NCBI GenBank assembly: GCA_964016885.1
Contig: OZ024745.1
Location: 88,474,001-88,538,000 of the forward strand
Reading direction: 5' to 3'
Length of the DNA: 64,000 nucleotides
Source of the DNA: Eledone cirrhosa
Lineage: Eukaryota
Shown here: positions 13,565-27,129 of the stretch, one piece after another
Position numbering within the stretch: the first letter of the stretch is position 1
Layout of the letters: each line of letters starts with the position of its first letter
Position numbers and translations under genes: made by a program
The notes under the pieces: generated by a model
Database searches by the model: none
Told to the model about the DNA's origin: nothing
What the model saw: the letters and a program-made list of their open reading frames with translations, nothing else

Positions 13565-16500
13565 GTGTTCGTCAACAGCGTGATAATGCCACACAAGAGC
13601 CACGTGGAGTGACGCAACCACCGTAGGCGGTGAATTCACCGGTGGTTATGTAAGCATACAGTCGCCAATCCTCGATAAGAGTGTTTAAATGTCGAACCTA
13701 AACAGTTCGAATAACGGTGAAATGGAGACTAGAACGTCATGTGACAGACTCTCACCCAACAGGTGCTCCCTGGCTCAGCAGCAGGGACCTGGCTGTCAAC
13801 GAAATGCTGCTGGTGTCGGAGGAAGAAGAAGGAAAGGAACCAGAACCAACTGGACGAAAGAATGGAATAGAACTGTTATGCAATGTTACCTGAAAAGTAA
13901 CCCCAAGGAGAGGGGCTATAGGAAACGGATGCATAACATCTTGAACGAGATTGGTCTATTTAAATTAGATGAACAAAAATTGGCCGGGCAGGCTTGGGTA
14001 ATAAGAACTAATGGGTGGATAGGCGAGCTGGAACTGGAGGAACTGAGCAGAGAGATTAGCTTGGAGATGGAGGGTGGAGTATGCCAGGCAAACGAGCCAG
14101 TGGGAAATGAAGGTGAAGAGGTCGAGAGAACAGAGGAACCACCCGAAGCAGACAATGATCTGAATACTGAGATAAATAATACCTGGAACAGAGATACGGC
14201 CACTGAGGAGATGAATGCTGACGGGCTAGGACAAGATTTGGTTGATATCCTAAATTTAGTGGTAGATGAATTGAACAATGATAGTGGGAGACCTATGAAC
14301 CTAAGATTTGTAGACAGGAAAAAGTTAAAAGAAACAACAGCTAAGGTAAACAAAGTCATCCCATACCTTGAGTCGAGGAGCCTTCACCAGTGCAACAATA
14401 TCCTCAAAGCAACAGCAAATACGGTGAGGAAACTACTTGGTATAAAAGCGAGAGGAAACAACAGACAAGAAAGAGCAGAGCCTTGGTGGAAGAAACGACT
14501 GAGTGGTCAAATCAGGGAAATGAGACATGACATTGGAAAGCTTGAGTCCCTACTGAATGGGACACTAAAAAACATAGACACTAAAAATAGACTGGAAATA
14601 AAGTACAAAACTAGGAGGAAAAAGCTAAATATTATCATAGAGGAACTGAAGCAACGCATTGTGGCAAAGAGTGCAAAATACAGGCGATACGAGAACAGAG
14701 TCAGTCAGTATAAACAGAACCGCATGTTCGACAACAACCAGAAGATGCTGTTTGGACAGCTTGAAGGGAAAGAAAGAGGCAACGATTTGATCCCTGAGGC
14801 GGAACAAACTAAAACATTCTGGAGAGGAATATGGGAGCAGGATGTTAGACATAATGACCAGGCAGTGTGGATTGAGACAGTACAGAAGGAGATCAGTGAA
14901 CAGGCACACCAACACACTGATTTGAGTATCACAGTTGAAACTCTTAAGGGACAGGCCAAAAAACTAACCAACTGGAAATCACCAGGCCCAGATGGTGTGC
15001 AGGGGTATTGGATTAAAAATATAACATCCCTCCACCCGAAACTGACAACCATGTTCAATGACTGCTTGATGTCAGGTGAGGTACCAGAGTGGTTGACAAA
15101 AGGTACCACAGTTCTGATAATGAAAGACCGAATCAATGGTAATGATGTTACCAACTATAGACCTATCACATGTCTGTCCGTAATGTGGAAACTGTTAACG
15201 AGCATTGTGTCTGAGGAAATCTACCATCACCTCCACACAAACAACTTGTTACCGGACGAACAGAAAGGATGCCGAAAGAAGTCACGTGGTACAAAGGACC
15301 AGTTACTTATTGATAAGATGGTAATGGGGAATTGCAGGAGGAGACACACTGATCTTGCCATGGGATGGATAGACTACAGAAAGGCATTTGACATGGTGCC
15401 TCATTCTTGGATCACCAAAAGCCTGGAGATCTTCAAGCTGGCAGATAACATCAGACAGTTGTTGGACAAAAGTATGAGGTCCTGGGAAACAGAGTTGACA
15501 TCAACTGGAGAATCCTTGGGAAGCGTGAAGATCAAGAGAGTTATCTTCCAGGGAGATAGTCTGTCCCCTCTGTTGTTTGTCCTTGCCCTGATGCCCCTGA
15601 CCAGTGTACTGCGAAAAGTGAGAGCAGGATACAGGTTGGGAAAGGGAGGGCTTACCATCAATCACCTCTTCTTCATGGACAATCTTAAGCTCTTCGGGAA
15701 GAGTGAGAAGGAGTTGGATGTGCTTGTTGACACTGTCCGTATTTTCAGCAGTGATATATGTATGCAATTTGGTATTAGTAAGTGTGGAGTCATTGTGATG
15801 AGGAGGTGTAGGTTGAGCAGAAGTAACGAAATCCAGATACCAACAGGTGAGATGATAAAGGAAATTGACTCTGAGGAATGATACAAGTATTTGTGCGTTC
15901 TGGAGGCTGGTGGCATAAAGAACAAAAAAATGAAGGAATTGTTAAGAACTGAATACATTCGGAGAGTAAGGAGCGTATTGAAGTCACATCTGAACAGCAG
16001 AAATGCCATAAGCGCAGCAAATTCCCGAGCTGTGTCTATTATTAGGTACAGTGCGGTAATTCTGAGATGGAATGTTGCTGAACAAAAAGAAATAGATAGG
16101 AAGACTAGGAAGCTATTGACTATCTACAAAATGTTCCATAAGAGGAGTGATGTCGATAGACTCTACTTAAGGAGATCTGAGGGTGGAAGAGGTCTTATCA
16201 GCATAGAGGACTGTGTTCAGATGGAGAAAAACAACCTACACAAACACGTGACTGATAGTAAGGAGCCAATGCTCAGAACTGTACTGAAGGAGGGGACAAT
16301 AGGACAGGGGATGTCCAAGGAGGAAATAACATCAAGGCGAGAAAGAGCAGCCTTCAGGAAAAATCCCTTCATAGTACCTTCTTTGAGAAAACTGAATTTA
16401 GAGATCCACAGACATGGAACTGGTTGAAAAGAGGACACCTTAAAAAGGCTACAGAAAGAATGTTAATGGCTGCGCAAGAGCAGGCCCTCAAAACGAAGTG

Positions 16501-17192
16501 GTTGAAACACCATATATACAAGGAGGAGGGTAGTCTACTGTGCAGGATCTGTGGAGAGAGAGAGGAGACTGTGGCTCATATTGTATCCGAGTGTAAACAC
16601 CTCAGCCCAGACTCACTATAAGGGCTGGAGACATGATGTGATGGGCAGGGTGATCCACTGGCACCTATGCAAAGTAAACAATTTAATACATTCTGAGAAG
16701 TGGTATGAGCATAAGCCAGAGTCGGTGATAGAAAACGATCAGGTGAAGGTGCTGTGGGATTTTAGGATACAGACGGACAAGAAACTGGAACACAATTGAC
16801 CTGACCTGGTGGTTATGGACAAGGAAAAAGATCGTGCCTGATTGTGGATGTGGCCTGCCGATTCGACACGAGACTGCAAGAGAAGGAGAGGGAGAAAATT
16901 AACCGATACCAGGACTTAAAGTGGGAGGTAAAAAGGATTTGGAACTTCCATGAAGTCAAAGTGGTCCCGATTGTCATAGGCGCACTAGGTACTATCTCAA
17001 AAAGTTTCCAGGGATGGTTAAAGAAAATTGGCCCCGCCCCGCTTTTTGGAACACTTCAAAAGGCATGCTTGCTGGGAACAGCAAGAACTCTCCGATACGT
17101 CCTGAATATCAGAGGCTGCAGGTAGTGGCTTGATATTCATTTCAACAAACTTTCCAGTTAACTAACATCAATGACTGAGACTCAAAGAATAA

Positions 17193-17230
<38 letters not shown>
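13565..17230 (+). mobile_element. R4/Dong-like family B, near full length, disrupted
   Basis: ORF from 13689 with N-terminal WTKEWN..MQCY block, RT (QGDSLSP, FMDN), CCHC, RHD and RLE; stops and frameshifts; (TAA)n tail. Confidence 0.92.
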
Positions 17231-17231
<1 letters not shown>

Positions 17232-18222
17232 AAAACAACCTATACAAATACGTGACCTATAGTAAGGAGCCAATGCTCAGAACTGTACTGAAGGAGGGGA
17301 CAGTAGGCCAGGGGATGTCCAAGGAGGAAATAACATCAAGGAGGAAGAGCAGCCTTAAGGGAAAATCCCTTCATAGTACCTTCTTTGAGAAAACTGAATT
17401 TAGAGATCCACAGACATGGAACTGGTTGAGAAGAGGAGACCTCAAAAAGGCTACAGAAGGAATGCTAATGGCTGCGCAGGAGCAGGCCCTCAAAACGAAG
17501 TGGTTGAAGCACCATATTTACAAGGAGGAGGCTAGCCCACTGTGCAGGATCTGTGGAGAGAGAGAGGAGACTGTGGCTCACATTGTGTCCGAGTGTAAAC
17601 ACCTAGCCCAGACCCACTATAAGGGCTGGAGACACGATGTGATGGGCAGGGTGATCCACTGGCACCTGTGCAAAGTAAACAATTTACCACATTCTGAGAA
17701 ATGATATGAGCATAGGCCAGAGGCGGTGATGGAGAACAATCAGGTGAAGGTGCTGTGGGATTTTAGGATACAGACGGACAAAAAACTGGAACACAATAGA
17801 CCTGACCTGGTGGTTGTGGACAAAGAAAAAAGATCGTGTCTGATTGTGGATGTGGCCTGCCCTTTCGACACGAGAGTGCAAGAGAAGGAGAGGGAGAAAA
17901 TTAACCGATACCAGGACCTAAAGTGGGAGGTGAAAAGGATTTGGAACTGCCATGAAGTCAAAGTGATCCCGATTGTCATAGGCGCACTGGGGACTATCTC
18001 CAAAAGTTTCCAGGGATGGTTAAAGAAAATCGGCCCCTTCACGCTTTTTGGAACGCTTCAAAAGGCATGCTTGCTTGGAACAGCAAGAACCCTCCGATAC
18101 GTCCTGAATATCTGAGGCTGCAGGTAGTGGCTTGATATTCATTCCAACGGACTTTCCAGTTAACCAACATCAATGATTGAGATTCAAGGATTAACAATAA
18201 TAATAATAATAATAATAATAAT
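17231..18222 (+). mobile_element. R4/Dong-like family B, 3' 1 kb, in tandem with the previous copy
   Basis: Repeats 16227-17186; (TAA)n at both ends, then (GAA)n. Confidence 0.92.
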
Positions 18223-19205
18223 AAGAAGAAGAAGAAGAAGAAGGCAAGAAGACGCACGAGGTGGTAGAAGGTCATGAAATCGCTCCCGTAAGTTTTTGAT
18301 TTTTAACATACTTAAATCAATTGTGAAATAACAATTCTTAGTACAAATGTTGCATAAACCACCGAATCAAGTCCCATAAAATTTCGGATCCATATTATAT
18401 TGTTATATCGCTCAAATATTCAATTTTGTATTATATATTTTGTATTCAAAAAAGAAAATGGTTATAAATGGAAGAAAATACCCCCTGTCTACACTATATA
18501 GTACAGACAAATAACAGCAATTTCACCAACACTAGAAACTTGATGCACCACCTACCCCATCACACTAAATATAACAGCCAGATAACGGCAATTTCACCAC
18601 CACCACCACCAATCCCAGCATCATAATAATAATTACTATTATTATTGTCTCAAGTTTTAACAAAATGTTTAATTCCAATTTTACGGGAATATGTCAACAC
18701 AATATATATTAAACATACGCGACAAACTCATAGATACTACATATCACAAAACTCAGTAACGACAACGCCACCGCCGCCACCACTCCATCCATCATTGCTA
18801 CCACTATCCCATCACCGCCGCCACCACTCCTTCATTGCTACCACCACTATTCCCCTGTTAACTTGAGAGAGAAAGGGGAAGGTGGCGGTATCACTAGACA
18901 AGGGAGAGGCTAGCAAAAGATATAAATATATTGACTTAGTGACCTGGCCACCGGCCAAACGTCAACATCAACAACTATGGCACTGCTGGTTCACCCCTTG
19001 CTCACCAACAATATAAAAAGCCCCATCACCACCACCGACATAGCCAACGACAATAACAGGCAACTTCAGCAAAAAGTATATTATATTATTGTAATGCACT
19101 GGGTGATTGCTGGCCTTGTGCCTGGAGTGGAGACAATTATTAATAATTTCATTCTTAAGCCACGCAATGCTCACATTATGGAACCGCTCATGATAATAAC
19201 AATTT

Positions 19206-22200
19206 AAAAAAAACAACAAAAAGAAAACCCCGTGATCAAGAAATACCGGGATGGCGACCGGCGGGGAATAACCGTGTCTCTAGGGGAGAACGACCCCTCT
19301 AGTCTTGGTTGACACTCGTTCTAGAAGTGGTAACACGAAATGATTACCCCTTGGCGGATAAGGATAAAACGCAACAAAATAAAGTAAATGTCTAATGATA
19401 AAATCTCATACCGGATCGGCCGTCACCCGGGTAAAAAAGGGCCGCGTCCCTCAGAGAGGAACCAGACTGGGGTCGAAAAATCAGCTAATGGTTCAAACCT
19501 TCCCATCACTTCGGAGCTGGAGACCTCCCATAACCGGAATACTCCTACTGTTGGCCCTCCATGCTCACCACCAAGAAATCCAAAGAAAAAGAGAGAAAAA
19601 TGGTCAAGGGAAGATAATAAAGAAGTCCTTGAGGCTTTCTACACTGCCATGTACTACCCATCAAATACATCGAATACAGAACAGACATATATCAACTGGA
19701 AAAAGAAACATCCCGAAAACAGAGGCTATATTGACAGTAACAAACTAGCCAATATACGAAGAAATATTGTAAGAAAAAAGTTACTAACTGATATAGAAAT
19801 TGATCAGATCAAGCTATTAGCACAAAGTCAGCGAAGGGAAAATGAAACATGTGTCAGCGAAAACGAGGTAAATTGTAACACTTCGAATCCCAGGGTTGGG
19901 GCGGAATCACTGGCAACAGAACAAATTAAAGAAAGGATCGAAAAAGTGGAGGGAGTGCATGCTCAAGATGAAAATCCAAATGAAAATAATGAGATCGTAA
20001 ATGATAAAGAAATGAATGAGAATGAACTTGCCAACTTGAAGGATGAAATTATGATCGAATGGATGAAAATGAAAGAATCTGACATGGGGCAACGAGACAC
20101 CCTCCCTAAGATCCAGAACTCCAAACAGAACCAAAGGATAATACACAAGACTAACATAATTCTCAAAAACATTATCATCACAAACAAACTAAACATTACT
20201 GATTTAAAATCATCTCTATTATGCATCGGCTAAAGTCACCATTCACTTATGTGGAGTGAAGATGAAAAAACAAAGGAATTCGCACAAGAAATCTACTTGG
20301 CAGAGAACATCAATCGCCAAATAAACCTTCTCCGATCTGACATAGAAATGTTAACAAACTATAAAGTAGGTGAAAATGTTAAACAAACTAAACTTAGAAA
20401 ATTGAAAAAAAAGTACAGTATAAAATCAACAAGTGACATAGACATGCTGATAGAAATAATCAAGCAAAAAGTGTCGGCCAAAGCTGCTCGTATAAGGCGC
20501 TTTGAAAAACGATCTAGATTCTATAAGGACAATAATATGTTAAAAAGCAACCAAAGAAACTTCTACAGAAAAATTGGTAAGTCATCAATAACTGCTAAAT
20601 CAATACCACCCAAGGAGGAAGTGCAAGAATTCTGGGAAAAGATCTGGGCCGAGGCAAAAGTTCATAACATACATGCCCCATGGATAGACAGACAAATGAA
20701 AGATACAGCTCACCTTGTGGAACAAATATGGGAAAATATAACAGTTGAACAGTTGCGCTTGGCTCTAAGAAAAACCAGCAAATGGAAATCCCCAGGAAAA
20801 GACAAAATACAAAACTGTTGGATAAATGCCTTCACAGAGTCTCATGAGCTGTTAGCCCGACTTTACAATGAAATAGTTAAGGAGCCAGAAAATATACCAT
20901 CATGGTTAGTTAACGGCATTACATTCCTGCTTCCGAAGAATGATGAGACAAACAATCCCCAAAATTACAGACCGATAACTTGCTTGACCACAACGTATAA
21001 AATTTTAACATCAGTCCTAACTGAATACACATATGACCACCTGATAACAAATGACCTATTTCCCATTGAGCAGAAAGGGTGTAAACGAGGCTCATATGGC
21101 TGTAAGGATCAGCTTCTGGTTAACACAATGATACTGGAAGATTGTCATAATAGACACAAAAATCTATCGATTGCTTGGATAGATTATAAAAAAGCATTCG
21201 ATAGTTTGCTACACAGTTGGATTGAAAAATGTTTAGAGATTTTCAAAATATCCCCCTTTTGTCATTCAGTATGAAGACATGGAAAACGACACTCCCTTTG
21301 AATAGTGAAACAAAATCACTGGAAGCTGGAGAAGTTAATATTAATTGTGGAATTTTTCAGGGTGACTCTTTATCACCGCTTTTATTCTGCATCGCACTTA
21401 TACCATTAAGTATACATTAAGCTCAATGAAACAAAACATGGATATAAAGTCTATGACAAAACCATTAATCACTTGTTCTACATGGATGACCTGAAACTAT
21501 TTGCAAAAAATGATGAACAATTGCAAGGGCTATTATCCACTGTGGAGCAGTTCAGTGATGACATTAAAATGGAGTTTGGACTAGATAAATGCGCCAAAGC
21601 AACGTTCACCAGAGGCAGGCTGCTGAAGAGTTCAGACATTAATCTTGATCGGGGGAACGTGATAAGAGAACTTGATCAAGTAACAACTTACAAATATCTA
21701 GGTGTTTGTGAAGGAGACGGAATGAAGCACTCGACAATGAGGGAAAGGATAAGGAAGGAATGTTACCGCAGAGTAAGAGCAATCTTAAGAACGGAATTGA
21801 ATGCAAGGAATAGGATCGATGCCATCAACACGCTTGCCATACCAGTAGTAATCTACAGTTACAATGTCATCAACTGGTCAAGCACAGAGATCCGTAGGCT
21901 CGATACAAAAATTCGAAAATTCTTAACCATGCACAGAATGCATCACCCTAAGGCAGATACAGATAGAATATATCTCCCTAGGAAAGAAGGAGGACGTGGG
22001 TTAATCCAGTTAGACATTGCGTTGAAAACTGCAACAATTGGATTATCTACATATCTAAGGGAATCACCTGATTGGATGATCAAACTCGTTTTGAAACACG
22101 AAAGCATCAAAAGATCATACTCCATTACAAAAGATGCACAAAGATACAGTAATGAACTACAAATTTCAGAAATCCCATTTACTGCTGAAATCAAAAACAC

Positions 22201-23188
22201 AGAAAAAGCGAAGCAGGTAAAAGTAACTGCAAAGAAAGAACTGCTACAGAAACTGGCTAAGAAATGGCAAGAAAAGCCTCTGTATGGAAAATACCCAGAA
22301 CGAGCTAACAATCCTGATGTTGACAAAACGTTAACCCATCAGTGGTTGGCATCCTCTGGACTGAAATCGGAGACTAAAGGACTGATTATTTCAGCACAAG
22401 ATCAGTGTCTGCCAACAAAAAATTACCAAGCCAACATAATAATAAATGGATGCAGCCCATTATGCCGTGTATGTAAAAAACAACCAGAGACCATTGACCA
22501 TATAATTTCAATAGTCCTATAGCTCCAACCGAATACCTAAACAGGCATGACAGAGCTGCACAATACATACACTGGATAATGTGTAAGCATACTGACCTGC
22601 CCCATCAAAAGAATTGGTGGGAGCATCAACCACCCCCATACTTGAAAAAGATCACATCTCAATCTTGTGGAACTTTAGCATCCAAACAGACCGAAAGATA
22701 CATGCAAATAGACCTGATATAATATTGAAAGACTTTAAAAAGTGGGTATTTCTGCTAATTGATATGTCCGGTCCAACAGACGAGAATGTATCTATAAAAA
22801 GCATTTGAAAAATTGAGCAAGTATAAGGACCTGGAGATAGAAATTGGAAAAATGTGGAAATTGAGAACTAAAACAATACCAGTGGTTGTAGGCGCTCTAG
22901 GAATGATACCTAAGGGGTCTAATGATTACTTATCGCAAATCCCAGGAAACCCGCGTATACGAGAAATACAAAAGATAGTACTAATGGGAACTGCCCATAT
23001 ACTAAGGAAGTTTCTGTCAATATAAGTACATCACAAGTCTAAACACCTAAAGATGCATGTGTGAGTATGTATGTTCTTTCTTGAACATGGCGGACCTTGT
23101 TGTCTCTTGAGGTCACTGGTTGTGACTTGGTGATAACTCGTATGAACATAAAGCAAGATAAATGCAGATGTAATAATAATAATAATAA
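19206..23188 (+). mobile_element. R4/Dong-like family A, near full length, frameshifted
   Basis: ORF pieces 19388-23025 cover N-terminus (WSRED..AFY), RT (YMDD) and RLE; structured 5' UTR; (TAA)n tail. Confidence 0.92.
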
Positions 23189-23267
23189 TGTCCGTTTACA
23201 ATTGTTTCGCTACTTTCATATAATGTTTCTGGATCAAATGATTATAGATCATTATTGATCTGGATCA

Positions 23268-23459
23268 AGGGTGTGGATTGGCAGTATCGGTAGAGGGTCG
23301 GACGCCATGCTTTCCAGCATAGTTACGTCCCTTTACGATCTGAGTTCAAATCCCGCCGAGGTTGACTTTGCCTTTCATCCTTACGGGGTCGATAAATAAA
23401 GTACCAGCAATGCGTAATGCACTGGGTAATTTGCTAGCCTTGTGCCTAACGTAGAAACA
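23268..23459 (+). mobile_element. tRNA-derived SINE, full length, with TSD
   Basis: TGGCAGTATCGG A box, GAGTTCAAATCC B box; 17-bp TSD attattgatctggatca at 23251-23267 and 23460-23476. Confidence 0.92.
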
Positions 23460-24067
23460 ATTATTGATCTGGATCAGATGAACTTAGGTAAAAATGGAGC
23501 AGCTCTTCACAATTTCAAAAGAGATAATGAAAATATTGATTATGGTACCATGGAATAAGGAATATATAGTAAGGTAAAGAAAGATGGTTGTATGAATGTA
23601 ATGTTCCATATATTGGTATTTCACTATGAGGTCCTGGGTCTATCTATTGTCTGCTATAGACGAGCAATATTCTTCTGTCGAGGCTGCATTATGCGAGATC
23701 TGCCTATGCGTAACAAGATGGCCGCCTAAGGACATATTTACCCTCCCCAAGTATAACAATATTTGTTTCGACTCACGATTTCATATCAAAAACCTCGCAA
23801 AACTATATATATATATATATGTGTGGGTGTATATATGTATGTATAATATGTGTGTGTGTATGTGTGTGTGTGAGCGTTATGGGGGTGCGTGCGTCTATGT
23901 GTATGTGTATAGGTGTGTGGACGTGTGTGTTTCTGCGTGTGCGTGTGTATGTGTAGATGTGCGTGTATGTGTATGTGCGTGTTTGTGTGTGTGTTGGTGA
24001 GTGAGTTTGCATGTGTGTGCGTATGTATCAGTTTTATGTGTTTTTGTGTGTGTATACATATATATAT

Positions 24068-24959
24068 AATTAAGATGAGCTGAACAAGTAAATTTTAAAC
24101 ATTCTTTTAAAATAAATTAAAATACAATTTAAATATTCACCTATCCAAATTGCTTTTACCGACGGTTTCGCCTCACAAAAGGTTGGGAATCGAAAGGACT
24201 TCCAATGGAAAGATCGGCTCTTCAGAAAACTATTTCCATTGCATAGGATTTAAAATCCCATAGCAAGCAAATACACCGCTAACTGCCACCTATTGAATGA
24301 TCGAGTGGGCCGTTGGATAGGTGAATATTTAAATTGTATTTTAATTTAATTTAAAAGAATGTTTAAAATTTACTTGTTCTGCTTATCTCAATTTTGTAGT
24401 TCTGGTATCTCTAATTAATACCATTGAACAACAACTGTATTATAGACACCCTATATATTTCCGTGGGTACTTAGTACCTGTGAGGATATTAATCTCATTT
24501 TATGTATATTCTCCCATGTGTAGAGAAAAGAACGTTGTACCTAGCTGCTATTTTTAGTAGTGTGGCATACAAGTCTATAATATCCCCGCTTTCACTAGAC
24601 GACCAGTTCACGTGTAAATCAATTTTTAACGGCCCACTCGATCTTTCACTAGCTGGTATTTAGCGGTGTATTTGCTTGGTATTGGAATTTAAATCCTATG
24701 TAATGGAAATAGCTTTCTGAAGGGCCAATTTTTCCATTGGAAGTCCTTTGGATTCCCAATCTTTTGTGAGTCGAAACCGTCGGTAAAAGCAATTTGGATA
24801 GGTGAATATTTAAATTGTATTTTAATTTATTTTAAAAGAATGTTTAAAATTTACTTGTTCAGCTCAACTCAATTTTATAGTTCTTGTATATCTAATTAAT
24901 ACCATTGAACAACAACTGTATTATAGACACCCTATATATTTCTGTGGAGAGATTATTCT

Positions 24960-24965
<6 letters not shown>
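24068..24965. mobile_element. Non-coding PLE-terminus-like element, inverted plus tandem copies, with hammerheads at 24152-24231 (-) and 24712-24790 (+)
   Basis: gcttt/gtttt-CTGAAG(A/G)-long stem II-GAAA-cc gtc gg-TA-aaagc; TA-flanked. Confidence 0.75.
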
Positions 24966-25025
<60 letters not shown>

Positions 25026-25027
<2 letters not shown>

Positions 25028-27105
25028 AAGAAGAGAAATAGGACGAAGGTAAACAATTACAAAAGAATTTAATCCACGTATTTACAATTGTTTCATCAGA
25101 ATTTCAGTCCATTATTGCTACACTATGTTATAATAGGCAATCAAGAAAGATACTGTGGCATCCGAATTTTCAAAATACAAAGTTGGAATGACCTTAGGAA
25201 ATGAAATAAGGGGTAGTAGTGTAAGATAGAGGAACAGAGAGAGAGAGAGGGGCAAAAGAGAGGGAGAGAGAGCGAGAGAAAAGGGAGAGAGGAAGGGAGA
25301 GAAAGAGATAGTGTGGTGTGAGAGGATTTGTATAGGGAGGGGGAGGAGGGATGTATGCTAAAAGATGTGATGAGTAGAGGGAGAGAGAAGGAAGATAGAA
25401 TTTTAAGAGGCATTTGGAAGTGGACAGACGAAAGTCTTACCAGAGAACAGACGAAGGAAGAAAGTATTAAATTTCATATATAGTCTATTTTTAGGGGTGT
25501 AGAATTGTTATTTAGGGTAGAAAGATAGGTAGTGTTAGGATTTGGTTGAAGGTTTGAAGTGTGAGAATTTCGCTTTCAGTTTATGCTGGCAAAAAATTGA
25601 CCTTTCAATTTTGTTGTTGAGTAGTTGGTGGCTTGAGCTTAGAATATGGAAGAGCTCATTATTACACAACGGGCACGTTTTCATCCCACTCCAGTATGGA
25701 GGAGCATGTGAGAGTTTGGTCCATTTAAGGGTGTATTGTCGGTTACTCCCTTTTAAGTGCCAAATTTTGTCGGCGAGAGTCGTTACGTAACGGTGTTGGT
25801 GGTGCTTTATTGCGTAACGATGCGTGTACCAACGAGTTTTGAAGGTGTTTGCAGTGCTGCCTATGTAGTACCAGGTTTGGTTGCCCGACTCAACCGAGCA
25901 CCTGTATACTAGGTTTGAATGCAAACATTCGTTATTCAATGGACAAGTCTCTGGAAGGTGGCAGTTACAATTTCTGTTATGGGCAGTGGTGGAGTTATAG
26001 GTGTGCTGGGATGTGTGTGTGAGTGTATTTTGTGCATACTGATTGTTAGTGGGTGGTTGTGTATTAGGTGTATTATTGTGTTGAGCGCTTGGGGTGTTGT
26101 TGTTACGGAGTTTTTTGGCGTTGAGCATCTTAATGTGTGCGTCTAGGTTTGGTGCAGTGGAATAAGATAGTCTAATTGTTTTGGTATTAAGTATACTACT
26201 ATATTTATGTGAATTTGGAAAGTGTTTTTTTATAATTTTGTAGAATGTGGAAGGTAAGTTAGAGCTAATAGAAGAGTTAAAAATAGGATTATACCAAATG
26301 TAAGATCTACTCCGTGTTCTGTTTTGCTTTGATGTTGCTGTTGTATTTGTGGTGTGGTTAGTATTAGGGGGTCTAGGTGCGTGTGTGCGTCGTTTGGCGT
26401 GTCTGTGGTTATGTGTTTTATGGTTGTGTGGGTCCATGTATTCTAGTTTGTCGGTGTGGCCAGCCCGTTCTAATGCAGTGTTGTAGTATTCAGCGTGTTG
26501 ATCAAATATTTGTTGGTTAGATGAGAGGCGGGATATTCTAAGTGATATACTATGTGGCACGGACCTTGATATACTATGTGGCAATGCCTCTTAAAATTCT
26601 ATCTTCCTTCTCTCTCCCTCTACTCATCACATCTTTTAGCACACATCCCTCCTCCCCCTCCCTATACAAATCCTCTCACACCACACTATCTCTTTCTCTT
26701 TCTCTCCCTTCCTCTATCCCTTTTCTCTCTCTCTCTCTCCCTCTCTTTTGCCCCTCTCTCTCTCTCTGTTCCTCTATCTCACACTACTACCCCTTATTTC
26801 ATGTCCTAAGGTCATTCCAACTTTGTATTTTGAAAATTCGGATGCCACAGTATCTTTCTTGATTGCCTATTATAACATAGTGTAGCAATAATGGACTGAA
26901 ATTCTGATGAAACAATTGTAAATACGTGGATTAAATTCTTTTGTAATTGTTTACCTTCGCCCTATTTCTCTTCTTTGATTACACTCCCCGTTTGTTCGTG
27001 TTTCCACTACAGAATCCCTACCAACCTGTCGAGTCACCTTAACGTATGTTGAGAACTTTCCTCACAACTTGTTCTACCAAGCTTTGGAATACTCCTAATA
27101 ACTGA
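25026..27105 (-). mobile_element. Naiad-type PLE, 5'-truncated, with inverted 3'-UTR/pLTR copy at 26580-27105
   Basis: ORF 25535-26584: IWYNP, RLSYST, CNC..CPL..C, YIGST..FKTRW GIY-YIG; 25026-25415 is the reverse complement of about 26580-26980; TA-flanked. Confidence 0.9.
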
Positions 27106-27129
27106 ATATATATATATATATATATATTT

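Noticed and set aside
7606-22326. Recurrent 127-aa antisense ORF (MSTSGLL...) in Dong copies
   Set aside because: It is the antisense shadow of the retrotransposon ORF and repeats only because the element repeats.
26885-26930. Hammerhead-like remnants at 26885-26930, 31065-31116, 32838-32890 (-) and 45830-45895
   Set aside because: Only half of the core, or no stem I, can be fitted. They are too degenerate to call, although their positions in PLE termini are suggestive.
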